Notes under the pieces: model-generated
What the model was told of the DNA's origin: nothing
The model's input: the letters and a program-made list of their open reading frames with translations, nothing else
The model's database searches: none
Position numbers and translations under genes: made by a program
NCBI GenBank assembly: GCA_964019425.1
Contig: OZ025803.1
Span: 186,001 to 250,000, forward strand
Length of the DNA stretch: 64,000 nt
Origin: Flectonema sp. DT1601
Taxonomy: Eukaryota
Reading direction: 5' to 3'
Part shown: piece by piece, positions 1 to 13,400 of the stretch
How the letters are laid out: every line of letters starts with the position of its first letter
How positions within the stretch are numbered: position 1 is the stretch's first letter

Positions 1-460
1 CTGGAGACAAGAAGAGGAATGAACCAACGACAGCAACAACAGCAACATCAAAAGGTCTAAGTAACACTAAGAGTATTAATTAACCTGTTTTGGTGAGTGT
101 GCAAGCACACTGAGTGAGGTTCCTTCCCCTTTCCCCCTTCAAGATATAATTCTAGTCCCCTGCATTAACGGTCAATACAACCCGATTTCAGCCTCGCAGT
201 GAGGTTGCTTCATCGAGTTCTCTCCTGTAGTTCGAATTCACTTGCAGTCTTGCTAATATTGGTAATCAGGCTACATCCTGCAAAGACACACTTACGGTTT
301 CTCGTTTTTCATTTGCTTTCTTTTTTCTATTTCTCCCACAACTAACAAGAACTATTTCAAGAAGAAAAAGAATAATATAGTTGGGAACATGTAGACACAC
401 ATTCTGCTTAAGTGTCCTTCATAATAATTTTTGTATTGCAAGTCAGTGAGAGAATCGACG

Positions 461-491
<31 letters not shown>

Positions 492-1065
492 CTTCTTTCT
501 TTCTGAAAATTTTTTTTTTATTACGAAAGTCACCTTCAATGTTAAAAAAGAAGGCAGTTGACCCTTTCCTCTCAAATGAAAAAAAAAAAAAGAAAAAGAA
601 ATAGTCAGTATCGCTGTGGTATAACTAATTGTAGAGCCCATGACGAACTTCACACCCACGAAGATACTCAGATCCTTATAATTAATTATTATACTAAAGC
701 AATCTGGTTAATGAAATTATTTTTCGAAAGTGCTACTGTATTTGTGGAGGAGTTGCTGTTGTCCTTATCTCATCATTTGAGAGGAAAAAAAAGAGGGATT
801 TTCCCCACACCCAACCGTTTTTCTGCTTTTATTCTAATTGTTACTTTTCTTCATTCACAATTCGTGTTGTCGTTATGGATACGCATTATGATTTACTCTG
901 AATGATATCTTTGTTGTAGGTTATAATTAATGTTCTATATTGACTCTTGGTGATAGATTCCCACTGGAGCTTCACGAATTGCAGTGGACGTTGAGCGTTT
1001 TCTTCTCACAATTAGTTTGTAATTAGTTTTTAATATTAAATTACACCACTCAGCACGACAACAAG

Positions 1066-3130
1066 ATGTTCAGCAATAAGCTGTTAGTACTACTCGCTGC
1101 GGGTAGTGCTGTAGCAGATTGGAACGCATATGAGAAAGAGGTAATCACCCATCATTCGATGGGTCCACCATTTATTCAGGACTGGTGGCAGGGAGGAATT
1201 CCTTATTGGGACTTTGGTGGAGACTCAGTAGTGACGGACAATTACGTGAGACTGACCCCTGATAAGCAGTCCAGAGACGGATGGCTTTGGAACGACGAGC
1301 AGAATGACATCCCTCAATGGGAAGCAACAATGGGATTTCGAATTCACGGAGTCAGGTCACCAGGTGCTGACGGTATCGCATTTTGGTACGTTGCTAACCC
1401 TGTGAAGACGGTAGGGTCTCTTTGGGGATCTCCTTCCAACTTTAACGGAATTGCCCTCATCTTTGACACATACGACAACGATAACAAACAAGACAACCCG
1501 AGTGTCACATTAATTTGGGTATACAATAATATTTTCTTTTTAAAACTAACAATCGGTGATTGTTGAGAACCACTTCACCCAAAACAAGGAAAACAAAAAA
1601 TACCAACAAACAGAATGACGGCAAGGCCAAGCGCTGGAACACCGACGAAGATTTACTCAGCGACGGGCTCGTTAGATGTGTTTATCAATTTAGAAATACC
1701 AACAGGAAAGATGTATGGAAGTTAACTATTTATTATCACGGTTAAGAATAATTAACAAACGTTAACAATAACAACACAATAAATACACAGGTCGTATACG
1801 CCAGGATCCAATACAGAAATAAAGTTGTTGAGGTTTGGATGAAGACAGGACAGACTGGTGCTGAGACGTACTGCGGATCATCAAGGGAATTGGAGCTTCC
1901 AACCGGATGGTACTTCGGTGTGACGGCAACTACTGGTCACCTCGCTGACAACCAAGACATCCATTCTTTTGTTATCACTCCAGCTGCTGGCGTTCACTTA
2001 CAGGAAGAAGGTCCTGACCAGAGCCATCCTGTTCACGATCCAAAGCAAGCTGCTGAACACAAAGAATATTGGAGAGCTAGAACACCTGAAGAGAAGGCTG
2101 CTGACGAAGAAAAAAAGAAGCAGGAAGAAGAAAAGGAGAAACAAGAGGTATGATTTATATTTCTTTTGAATTTGTTACTGTGAGTACCGACTCGACTTGT
2201 GAATATAGAGCAGGATTTTCTTTGAACACTACTTAACTATAATTATTGCAGGAGTACGCCAGACTTCAGGCTGCGAGAAAGGCTGAAGAGGATAAGAGAA
2301 AGCAAGAAGAAGAACAGAGGAAAAAGCTCATGAACGAGCAGCAGGCTAATGTGAGAGCTCAGCAGAAGGCAGCACAAGATTCCGCCGAGCAGCAGGCGGA
2401 GAAGGCGAGGCAGCAGCAGCGTCAGCAGGGCGGTCAACAGCAACAACCTCAGGGCGGTCAACAAGCAACCAACCAGCAACAGCCTCAGGGAGGTCAACAG
2501 GCAGTACCTGAACCACAGCAGGCAGTACCTCAACAGGCACCTCAACAGGCAGTACCTCAGCAGGCACAGGGAGGTCAGCAGGCTCAGGGAGGTCAGCAAC
2601 AGCAGGGTGGATACCAACAGGGAGGTCAACAGGGTGGTTACCAGCAGTATCCACAGGGAGGTCAACAACAGGGAGGTCAACAACAGGGAGGTCAACAGCA
2701 GGGAGGACAGCAGCAGGGAGGTCAACAGCAGGGAGGTCAACAAGGAGGAGGATACCAACAGGGAACTGGTTACCAACAGGGATACCAGCAGGGACAACAG
2801 GGAGGTTACCAACAAACGGGAGGTCAGCAGCAGGGAGGACAACAACAGGGAGGTCAGCAGGGGGGTTACCAACAACCGGGAGGTCAGCAGGGAGGACAAC
2901 AAACGGGAGGTCAGCAGCAGGGAGGACAGCAACAGGGACAAGGAGGTTATCAACAACCACAAGGAGGCTACCAGCAGGGTGGGTACCAACAGGGAGGTCA
3001 ACAACAGGGAGGTCAACAGCAGGGAGGAGGATACCAACAAGGAGGTTACCAACAGGGAGGATACCAGCCTGTTCCTCAATACCAACAAAATGCTCAGCAG
3101 CAGGATCAGCAAAGAGGAGGCCAGCAGTAG
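1066..3130 (+). CDS. L-type (legume-like) lectin, VIP36/ERGIC-53 family, with Q/G/Y-rich C-terminal tail; 4 exons (1066-1518, 1614-1712, 1791-2147, 2252-3130), ~595 aa
   Basis: Signal peptide; motifs WDFGG..VRLTPD..GWLWN, GADGIAFWY, FDTYDN, GVTATTGHLADNQDI. Three phase-0 GT-AG introns join four ORF-track fragments in frame. Confidence 0.9.
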
Positions 3131-3656
3131 GCTTCTTTTAACTCGAATGTGACTACAGAATGACACCAAACTTCTGGAGATCTAATTACTGCTCTCGGCG
3201 TTAAGATATCTAACCGTTTAAACGGGTTACCGAAACCCAACTAACCAAAGAAGACTCATTGACTAACTAAAAAAGAGATTCCACGAGAAGGAAAGAAAAA
3301 AGAAGAAAGAAAAAGGAAGGAAAAAAAAAAAAAAAACGACCCACGGAGCCTTTATCCCATCCGCTCCCAATCTCTTGTATGGTATTCTTCTTTTTTAAGA
3401 CAGTGTGCTCCATACCTGTAGCACTTTAGTAGGCTACCAGTGTGTTGATGACAAAAGAAAACTTTTCTGAACGAGCGTTTGCGAAGTCTCTGCTTGAGTG
3501 CGTTTCACAATATAACTTTTCCAGCAGGAGTCATGTTTTCTACGGGTACACTTATAATGTAAGTAGTGTTGTGAATCTTTAAATTATTGAAAGAGAAGTC
3601 TATTACTATTTACTACAGAGTACACAGATCAAAAAAAAAAAAAAAAAAAAAGGAAA

Positions 3657-5408
3657 ATGACGGATTCGGGAATAGGTGAGGGCAGTACTGCCTTCACCAG
3701 GTTAAAAGAGAAGGGTGATAAACCTCCATCATCTCCACCACCAGCACATCAAGATCCGAGTACCGCGACAGGTGACTGTCGGATAAAAGAATTAGAAAAG
3801 CTGGTTAAGAAGTTACAAAGTGAGAATGAAAAGTTAAAGAAAGACAACAAATCGATGGTGACAACTTTTATGAATCAGCAGAAGTCTGAAACACCGCGAA
3901 GTAAGACCCAGTACCATATGTCAAACAATGTTGTTGTGATTGGTAGCAGGTCTGGAAAGGCTTCTCGTGTTCCTCTTTTAAAGTTATTGGCAGACAGCCA
4001 GAACAGGATTGATATGAGAGAGGCTGACACTCCTACTTGTGGTGCCATCAATGCTCAAAAATCACCGAGACTGGGAGCTGTTGCTGATAACATTTCAAAC
4101 ACTTCACCAGTATCAAAGCCTGTTGCGAAAAAAGCAGCTCCTCCAAGCCCGGGATCGTCAGCTAGCGAAGGCAGTGACAGTGAACCATCAGAACCTTCCA
4201 CTCCATCCGACGACGGAAAACCGAAAAAAAGAAGACCTCCAGCACTCGGAAAGGGAGTTCTAAATATGGGAGGTAATGGAATTGTTAGTCAACAAACTCT
4301 GAAAGTTTTTCAAGAGCAGTGGGGTGGTGGACACAGTCCCGCAGTTAGTAATGTTGGTGACTCTGTTTTAGACTATTTGAATAACAGTTTCGCTCACAGT
4401 GGTATGCAGCACTCTACTAGAGCTGGTACCCAAGACGCGTTCGGTAGACATATCATCGCTCTTTGTAATGAGGCAACCTTGTTGTTGAAAAAAGAACCCT
4501 TGCAATTACCTTTAAAATCTCCCATATACGTTTTTGGTGATATCCACGGAAATTTTAAAGACTTACACTACTTTATGAATGAATTAGTGCTATTTAGAGA
4601 TCCTAAGTACACTCCTCATAATTTCCTATTTCTGGGTGATTACGTTGATAGAGGACCTCACAGTGTTGAGTGTGTCGCGTTATTATTAGCTTTAAAAGTA
4701 GTCAGTCCAGGGACTATCAATCTCATTAGAGGAAATCATGAAGACCGTATGGTCAATGGAGATATAAAAACCTACGGTGCTGGATCACTAAAGTCACAAT
4801 GTCATGCGTTATTTGGTTCAATTTTGGGTGAAAACGTGTGGCTGTCAATCAATCAAACATTCAAGTGGTTACCACTAACAGCTACAATCGATGATTCTAT
4901 TTTCTGTACTCATGGAGGTATCCCGAGATATATTGGTGGACCTGATCACAGAATGATGGCATTGCAAGATACGTACAACTTTCCAAGATTTGAAACTTTT
5001 TTTGAAGCAGGTCCAGGTGAACCAGAAAAGATCCAACTGTGTAGACGTATAGCTGCTGACTGCTGTTGGTCAGATCCATGGGAAGGTGAAGACGGTGAAT
5101 TAAATCAGTTCGGTTTTGGTGAGAATCCTCGTGGGAAGGGTATCGTTGTATTCGGAAGTCAAGCAGTCGATGATTTCCTTAAAACGAATAATCTCCAATA
5201 CATCTTTAGGGCTCATCAAGAGAAATCTGACGGACTCAAAGTAAGTAAAAACGCTCGTGTCGTCACCATCTTCTCTACTTCTGACTACATAGGTCATCAG
5301 AACGGAGCCGGAGTCGTTTTCGTTGACCCTGTTGGTACTATTCGTCTCATCATCAAAGAACCAAAGGAAGATCTCCTTCCGCAGTCCTTCAGACCGATTC
5401 CGCAGTAA
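3657..5408 (+). CDS. Ser/Thr protein phosphatase (PPP/calcineurin-like) with N-terminal coiled-coil and low-complexity extension
   Basis: GDIHG, GDYVDRG, RGNHE, HGG, WSDP, RAHQ and TIFS motifs in a 583-aa ORF. Confidence 0.93.
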   Translation: MTDSGIGEGSTAFTRLKEKGDKPPSSPPPAHQDPSTATGDCRIKELEKLVKKLQSENEKLKKDNKSMVTTFMNQQKSETPRSKTQYHMSNNVVVIGSRSGKASRVPLLKLLADSQNRIDMREADTPTCGAINAQKSPRLGAVADNISNTSPVSKPVAKKAAPPSPGSSASEGSDSEPSEPSTPSDDGKPKKRRPPALGKGVLNMGGNGIVSQQTLKVFQEQWGGGHSPAVSNVGDSVLDYLNNSFAHSGMQHSTRAGTQDAFGRHIIALCNEATLLLKKEPLQLPLKSPIYVFGDIHGNFKDLHYFMNELVLFRDPKYTPHNFLFLGDYVDRGPHSVECVALLLALKVVSPGTINLIRGNHEDRMVNGDIKTYGAGSLKSQCHALFGSILGENVWLSINQTFKWLPLTATIDDSIFCTHGGIPRYIGGPDHRMMALQDTYNFPRFETFFEAGPGEPEKIQLCRRIAADCCWSDPWEGEDGELNQFGFGENPRGKGIVVFGSQAVDDFLKTNNLQYIFRAHQEKSDGLKVSKNARVVTIFSTSDYIGHQNGAGVVFVDPVGTIRLIIKEPKEDLLPQSFRPIPQ

Positions 5409-6768
5409 AACTAATATTGGCGAACATCTACATTTTGTGTAGTTTAGTTTTGTTGGAATGGTTAATTTTGTTTTTTTTTGTTCTTTCGTATTTGTGAATT
5501 TTTTTTTTTTCTTTTGAAAAAAATGACGTCTTTTCTTTATTTTTTTGTTTTCTTATTGATTGATCCTTGACAAAAATGTGGTTTCTTCCCGGCATTAAAA
5601 AAAACAAAAAAAAAAGAAAAAAAAAAAAAAAAAAAAGAAAAGAAAAACGAAGTATATTTGACAGCGCACGTTGATTTACCACAACACTCGATTCGTAGTT
5701 GTCCAACACGTTGAAAAGAAAAAAAAAATAAAAATAAAAAAAGTAATAGCAAACCCATGGTCTAATCCTCTGTCATGGTTTTTCCTTGGGAAAGACGAGA
5801 CGTACCGTGATCTTCGGGCAGGACTTGTGTGACTTATACTAAATAGTTTTTGCAATCTAATTCCTTGTGAGATTTTAAACAGCTTTTTATTCACTTCTTG
5901 TTTTTCACGTACCTCACCCGTCTTCTAAAATAGCCGCTGTACGGGCTGACTTGTAGGGGTGAAACTAGGCGTGCGATATTAATATTAAAAACTTGATAAG
6001 TCGTCTTTTATCCTGCCCTGCCCTTTCCTCCATTTCCCCCCCCTCCACATTGCATCTTGTGTTGTAGTGTAATATAAAGTGCGATTCCTGCTTGGTCGAC
6101 ACCAGTATTTCTTGTTTTTTTTTTTATTTAAAAAAAAGCATGGGAAAAAACCCGATACAGCAAGCTGCTTGGGGAATAATTGCCCCTTGTGGCTTTGTTT
6201 TCTTTTATACCGAAACACGTTTTTGAATGATATTTACGTTCTTACTCTGAAGATTTGCGAGCAAAGAATTGGATGTATTATCATACGAACGAATTGTTTA
6301 CTCTTTTAACGTCGGGGGTTCGTACACGAAAAAAAAAACTTTGTTTACTTGTAGGCATTTCTTTTTATATATTTTTTTTTTTTTTTTTTTTTTTTTTGCG
6401 ACTTATCTTTTTCTTGGTTAAATATTTTACATTTTTTTTTTTATTTTTTTATTTTTTTCTTGTTTCTCCCCTCCAGTTTTTTCTTATTACTGGTATCGTG
6501 TCTTTCGCAGGGTTCGTTGGAGGAAAAAAAAGTTCTTTTTGGTGAACAACTGGTGAGTTTAAAGTTATACATTTCCCCCCCTTTCCCTCCTACTCCTTCT
6601 ACGTTTATCTTAATTCCTCTCGTACCAGGTTAGAAGACATATTCAGTTAACGAGATGCGATGCATAAATTAGTATTCTGTTTCACTTTAATTCAATTCCT
6701 TCTCGTATTAGTTTTACCCTCTCTTATAGAACAGGGGGACATAAAACTAAAATAAGAAAAACAATACC

Positions 6769-7270
6769 ATGAGAGAGAGCAAGTTTAGAACGATGACCCC
6801 AATCGGGGCATCAACTGCAGCACGGCCTCACCGAGATAAAGAGGCTGAGGGTATTAATTTAGTAAGAATGTCTGTATTAGTGATCGTGACTCTTATTCTG
6901 TACGGAGCATTTCACTTTTTGGCTCGTGTAGGACCAACGCCTAGTCGGGTATGTATTGAATTGTTATTTACGTTAAAAATGATTTTATCTTAAAAAAATA
7001 CCAAACCGAACCAACCAAACATCACAGGAGGAAGCATTCCCATCAGAAACTACCCCAATCCCTACCCTGAAGCTTGCGGTAACGGAGGATGTGAAACCTG
7101 TTAATACCACATTACTTCCGAAACAGAAAGTTCCGTCTGTCGATATGTCTGCGTCAGCATCCGGTGATAGCAACTCTATGGAGACTCTGAAAACAACAAA
7201 AGAAGAGAGCAGTACCGATTCTAAAGACCCTGTCAAGGAAATGGAAGATAGCGAAATAAGTGCCAACTAA
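6769..7270 (+). CDS. Small single-TM protein with S/T/P/E-rich C-terminus; exons 6769-6948 and 7028-7270, ~140 aa
   Basis: Hydrophobic segment MSVLVIVTLILYGAFHFL; GTATGT donor at 6949 and ACATCACAG acceptor at 7027 give an in-frame continuation to TAA. Confidence 0.65.
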
Positions 7271-7912
7271 ATAAATAAAAAAAAATAAAATGATGGCAGT
7301 GATTCTTATGACTCGCAAATGAATTCATCTCTGAGGAGTCGACTAACTGAAGTCCGCATCGACGATGTTTATTATACACAACCCGTGCATGAGTTTAATT
7401 ATTTTGACATTGCTGTCTTTTTTTCGAACGCAACTACACCGTACTCCTATTTGGGTTTGTGTAAGGCTGTTTTATTGATTGAGGGAGGCGGTAATTATCA
7501 TAAACCTGATTACTTCAGAACTCTGTTTTGTTTGGATGTGAGAGCTGCGCATGAATTCAATTTATGTTTTTTTATATCTGCAACCTCATTTATAACGGGA
7601 GAAGAAAACAAACAAAAAAAAAAAGAAAAAAATCCAATGAAAAAAAAACCTTCTGTTCAACGTCAACGTTCACAAGGTAGTCGAAGCGAACCTCTACACG
7701 CACAGCTTTTAGCATCTTATATGAAATTGCCTAACCACCCCCCCTTTTTTTGTTTTTGTTTTTTTTGTTGTGTTTTCTGAAAATTTTATATTTTTATAAC
7801 AGCAGCCATGAGAAGTGACCCTCTGCCCCTCTCTCTTGGGTCAAGTTTAAGCTGATTGCGAGCACATTAAACACCTTCAATTACTACCAACACAGCTGAC
7901 ACCAGCATTTCA

Positions 7913-8309
7913 ATGACAGGGGTAAAAGCAACCGTCCGACTAACTGACATGAAACATGAGATGCAACAGGACGCTATAGACTGTGCTGCTCACGTATGTC
8001 TTCCTGTCGCATTGCGTTCTTGTTATGTTTGTTAGAGTTGTTAAAATAATATTATAATTTCAGGCACTTCAGAACTTTAAAGAACAAAAGGGAATAGCAC
8101 AATACATAAAGAAGGAATTCGATGCTAAGTATAACAGCAAATGGCACGTAGTAGTTGGACGTGAATTCGGATCATACGTAACGCATGAGGTGAAAGATTT
8201 TACGTACTTTTTTATTGATGAGTTGGCCTTTCTTGTGTGGAGGACTCAAGTAGAAGATGACATACGATATGTCAAAGTTTCAGAGACAAGTATGAGTAGT
8301 GAACAATAA
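7913..8309 (+). CDS. Dynein light chain LC8-type; exons 7913-7993 and 8064-8309, 108 aa (absent from ORF track)
   Basis: Spliced translation contains DMKHEMQQDAIDCAAHAL..IAQYIKKEFDAKYNSKWHVVVGREFGSYVTHE, the LC8 signature. Confidence 0.93.
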
Positions 8310-8695
8310 CATCATCCAATCGGAAGGTAGCTTTCGAAGTATCTCCTGCAGCGCGCTGTCGATCTGCACTCAGTTTGAAAAAGACTGCATAACGTAACCT
8401 CACGTGACTCGACATTGTTGAGTGAGCATCGTTGAGAAGTACACACGGCGGGTCTCACCGCACTATCTATCTCATCTTTTCGCTTCGGCGTACCTGTGAA
8501 TATTATTATTGTAACGAATGTTTATTCGTGTTTCTTATTTATTTTAAAAAAAAAATACTTTTGTCTTCACCCCACAGATAACGTATTCAAGTCGTTTAGT
8601 TCCCTGCTACTACCGTATTTGAAATCGTCTTGTGAGGAGGAGCCCACACGAGTATTTTATTTTCACGAATTAATATTCCCCCAGTATATAATAAC

Positions 8696-9739
8696 ATGTC
8701 GTGGATATTCTTTAGAACAGAGCAGAACGCTAACGACTGCAGGAAAACTCTCCTTCGAGAGAATAAAAAAATGAGAGAATTCAATGCCAGAATAATGAAG
8801 GAAGCGAGGGGATCCCGTTCTGCTATAATAGAAATGGAGCGAAAGGTTGATATGTATCAGAGAGAGGCTGAGAAATATAAAATTGAATCAGCAGTATTAA
8901 AAGATGAAGTAGTGGCTTTAAAGAACGATATTTCATTATTAAAAAGTGAGGTAAGATCACTCAAAACGAGCAACTCATCGACAGGGGACCTATCAAAAAA
9001 CAGTGATGCGCAACACTTGCTGATTGAGTTACAAGAAAAGTCGAGTTGGGATTGTATTTCTCGAATGGCGCAGCTACTTAGACCCTTAGAAATTCCATCA
9101 GGTTTTGTTCCTGCGACGTTTACTCCGATTTCAACAGTAGTAGCACCCCTGCCACCAACAAATAAATTATACACAGTCATAATTGATCTTGACGAGACTC
9201 AAGTTCACTTTAGTATGGAACAATATCCCACAAAAAAAGCTGAATTGAGATTTCGAGGAGGTATCGAAATAGCATTACAAAGGTTTAGTTATTTGAAAGA
9301 TGTGGTGGAGTTTGGATTGTGGACAGCAGGTGTTCCCAGATATGCCACGTCGGTACGTGAGCTACTTACAATGTTAGTGAAGGAGAATGAAGTTTTTAAT
9401 TGGACGATTGCGAGAGATTCCAGTTGGTCGTCATCTGGTTATAAAAAAGACATCAGAGCTTTGAACAGGGACCCTGACAGAGTGCTTCTTATAGACAACG
9501 CTCGAAAAGTAATTGTTCAAAAAGAAAGTTCACTAGTGGTGACTAACTTCTACTCTAATGTAAAGGGGGCAGTTGATCAAACTTTTCACATCATCGCAAC
9601 ACTTGTTGACGACTTGGTAGACTCTGGACAGACAGTCCCAAATTTTCTCTCAAGAAAAGCAGATGAAGGATGGGTTCACTACCACTCAGGATACTACTAC
9701 GTTCCTAACTCATTAAGTTCTGATATTCACAGAAGATGA
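8696..9739 (+). CDS. FCP1/SCP (NIF, HAD-type) phosphatase-domain protein with N-terminal coiled coil
   Basis: TVIIDLDET, WTAG..YA, KDIRALNRDPDRVLLIDN motifs. Confidence 0.85.
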   Translation: MSWIFFRTEQNANDCRKTLLRENKKMREFNARIMKEARGSRSAIIEMERKVDMYQREAEKYKIESAVLKDEVVALKNDISLLKSEVRSLKTSNSSTGDLSKNSDAQHLLIELQEKSSWDCISRMAQLLRPLEIPSGFVPATFTPISTVVAPLPPTNKLYTVIIDLDETQVHFSMEQYPTKKAELRFRGGIEIALQRFSYLKDVVEFGLWTAGVPRYATSVRELLTMLVKENEVFNWTIARDSSWSSSGYKKDIRALNRDPDRVLLIDNARKVIVQKESSLVVTNFYSNVKGAVDQTFHIIATLVDDLVDSGQTVPNFLSRKADEGWVHYHSGYYYVPNSLSSDIHRR

Positions 9740-9887
9740 CATAGGCTGACCTTTGAGTTATCTCTGTTGCTTAGATTCTTTCCTTAGTTATTATTTACTT
9801 TTTTTCATTACTTTTTAGTAGTGGAATAGTAAAATACGAATTTTATGTTGTGCCGACTTATGGCTGTCTTCACTGCGTTGATTAATT

Positions 9888-9924
<37 letters not shown>

Positions 9925-10446
9925 ACGTCCGTTTTTCTTTCTTGTTGGACTAGATTGTCTCTGCATAAAAGAATTAGTGGATTTTTTTATTATTTATGAT
10001 GATAGGAGGTGTACAGCAGCTGTACAACAACTAAAAAGGGGTTTTAAGTTTTAACTCTTTTTCTATTAAGCAATATGATTTTAGGTACTGTAAAAATGAA
10101 TAAAGTACTGATACCCTTTCTTTAGCTTGTGGGATTGTCACGGACTTACAGTTCGTACGCGACGACATGATTAATGTGTTTTAATTGTTATTCAATGCAA
10201 ACAACCCTATTTTGGGTATTCTTACCAACGTATTTATATATATCTGTTATTCCCTCTTTGAAATTAAAAAAAAATATCAAAAACAAGCATCCCTTCGCTT
10301 GCTTTTGAGTATTTTAGGATATTTTTTTGCAAGTGTGTTTTATATGTACTGACATTATATTGTTTTTTTGTTTCTGTAAAAAAGTTACTTATGATGAAGG
10401 TTTATTGACTAATAACCTTTTTTTTTTTTTTTTTTTTCCTTTTTTT

Positions 10447-13400
10447 TGAGTAAAAAAAGAATAAACCTTATTTTTAATACCAGCGTTGTCGAATGTCTCA
10501 AAACAGTGACATCACTGTGTGTTCGATCTGAGCTTCCTCTGCGGGGAAATAGTTGCATGGCGACACGAACCTTGTCTAAAGAAATGAATTGAACATAGTA
10601 CAGGAATACCACCAGAAAGATGCTTTAGTCTGTATGAGTAAAACAAGAATAAGTTATATTTTTTAATACCAGCGTTGTCGAATGTCTCAAAACAGTGACA
10701 TCACTGTGTGTTCGATCTGAGCTTCCTCTGCAGGGAAATAGTTGCATGGCGACACGAACCTTGTCTAAAGAAATGAATTGAACATAGTACAGGAATACCA
10801 CCAGAAAGATGCTTTAGTCTGTATGAGTAAAACAAGAATAAGTTATATTTTTTAATACCAGCGTTGTCGAATGTCTCAAAACAGTGACATCACTGTGTGT
10901 TCGATCTGAGCTTCCTCTGCGGGGAAATAGTTGCATGGCGACACGAACCTTGTCTAAAGAAATGAATTGAACATAGTACAGGAATACCACCAGAAAGATG
11001 CTTTAGTCTGTATGAGTAAAACAAGAATAAGTTATATTTTTTAATACCAGCGTTGTCGAATGTCTCAAAACAGTGACATCACTGTGTGTTCGATCTGAGC
11101 TTCCTCTGCAGGGAAATAGTTGCATGGCGACACGAACCTTGTCTAAAGAAATGAATTGAACATAGTACAGGAATACCACCAGAAAGATGCTTTAGTCTGT
11201 ATGAGTAAAACAAGAATAAGTTATATTTTTTAATACCAGCGTTGTCGAATGTCTCAAAACAGTGACATCACTGTGTGTTCGATCTGAGCTTCCTCTGCGG
11301 GGAAATAGTTGCATGGCGACACGAACCTTGTCTAAAGAAATGAATTGAACATAGTACAGGAATACCACCAGAAAGATGCTTTAGTCTGTATGAGTAAAAC
11401 AAGAATAAGTTATATTTTTTAATACCAGCGTTGTCGAATGTCTCAAAACAGTGACATCACTGTGTGTTCGATCTGAGCTTCCTCTGCGGGGAAATAGTTG
11501 CATGGCGACACGAACCTTGTCTAAAGAAATGAATTGAACATAGTACAGGAATACCACCAGAAAGATGCTTTAGTCTGTATGAGTAAAACAAGAATAAGTT
11601 ATATTTTTTAATACCAGCGTTGTCGAATGTCTCAAAACAGTGACATCACTGTGTGTTCGATCTGAGCTTCCTCTGCAGGGAAATAGTTGCATGGCGACAC
11701 GAACCTTGTCTAAAGAAATGAATTGAACATAGTACAGGAATACCACCAGAAAGATGCTTTAGTCTGTATGAGTAAAACAAGAATAAGTTATATTTTTTAA
11801 TACCAGCGTTGTCGAATGTCTCAAAACAGTGACATCACTGTGTGTTCGATCTGAGCTTCCTCTGCAGGGAAATAGTTGCATGGCGACACGAACCTTGTCT
11901 AAAGAAATGAATTGAACATAGTACAGGAATACCACCAGAAAGATGCTTTCGTCTGTATGAGTAAAACAAGAATAAGTTATATTTTTTAATACCAGCGTTG
12001 TCGAATGTCTCAAAACAGTGACATCACTGTGTGTTCGATCTGAGCTTCCTCTGCGGGGAAATAGTTGCATGGCGACACGAACCTTGTCTAAAGAAATGAA
12101 TTGAACATAGTACAGGAATACCACCAGAAAGATGCTTTAGTCTGTATGAGTAAAACAAGAATAAGTTATATTTTTTAATACCAGCGTTGTCGAATGTCTC
12201 AAAACAGTGACATCACTGTGTGTTCGATCTGAGCTTCCTCTGCAGGGAAATAGTTGCATGGCGACACGAACCTTGTCTAAAGAAATGAATTGAACATAGT
12301 ACAGGAATACCACCAGAAAGATGCTTTAGTCTGTATGAGTAAAACAAGAATAAGTTATATTTTTTAATACCAGCGTTGTCGAATGTCTCAAAACAGTGAC
12401 ATCACTGTGTGTTCGATCTGAGCTTCCTCTGCGGGGAAATAGTTGCATGGCGACACGAACCTTGTCTAAAGAAATGAATTGAACATAGTACAGGAATACC
12501 ACCAGAAAGATGCTTTAGTCTGTATGAGTAAAACAAGAATAAGTTATATTTTTTAATACCAGCGTTGTCGAATGTCTCAAAACAGTGACATCACTGTGTG
12601 TTCGATCTGAGCTTCCTCTGCGGGGAAATAGTTGCATGGCGACACGAACCTTGTCTAAAGAAATGAATTGAACATAGTACAGGAATACCACCAGAAAGAT
12701 GCTTTAGTCTGTATGAGTAAAACAAGAATAAGTTATATTTTTTAATACCAGCGTTGTCGAATGTCTCAAAACAGTGACATCACTGTGTGTTCGATCTGAG
12801 CTTCCTCTGCAGGGAAATAGTTGCATGGCGACACGAACCTTGTCTAAAGAAATGAATTGAACATAGTACAGGAATACCACCAGAAAGATGCTTTAGTCTG
12901 TATGAGTAAAACAAGAATAAGTTATATTTTTTAATACCAGCGTTGTCGAATGTCTCAAAACAGTGACATCACTGTGTGTTCGATCTGAGCTTCCTCTGCA
13001 GGGAAATAGTTGCATGGCGACACGAACCTTGTCTAAAGAAATGAATTGAACATAGTACAGGAATACCACCAGAAAGATGCTTTAGTCTGTATGAGTAAAA
13101 CAAGAATAAGTTATATTTTTTAATACCAGCGTTGTCAATGTCTCAAAACAGTGACATCACTGTGTGTTCGATCTGCTATGGGGATGAACTCCCTCTAATA
13201 ACGGATATTTGCAGCTGCAGGGGAACAGTTGCATGGCGACACGAACCTTGTCTAAAGAAATGAATTGAACATAGTACAGGAATACCACCAGAAAGATGCT
13301 TTAGTCTGTATGAGTAAAACAAGAATAAGTTATATTTTTTAATACCAGCGTTGTCGAATGTCTCAAAACAGTGACATCACTGTGTGTTCGATCTGAGCTT

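Noticed and set aside
1..83. Possible 3' end of an upstream gene
   Set aside because: Two open frames (stops at 60 and 83) are equally plausible and too short to call.
2243..3169. Leu/Ser-rich minus-strand and alternative-frame ORFs
   Set aside because: Shadows of the Q/G repeat coding sequence.
7319..7780. 153-aa ORF
   Set aside because: No recognisable domain and it runs through homopolymer tracts; probably UTR or intergenic.
10409..12124. Minus-strand ORFs in the array (67 and 121 aa)
   Set aside because: They arise because the unit length is a multiple of 3; the longer one results from a single SNP removing a stop. They are antisense to the source gene.
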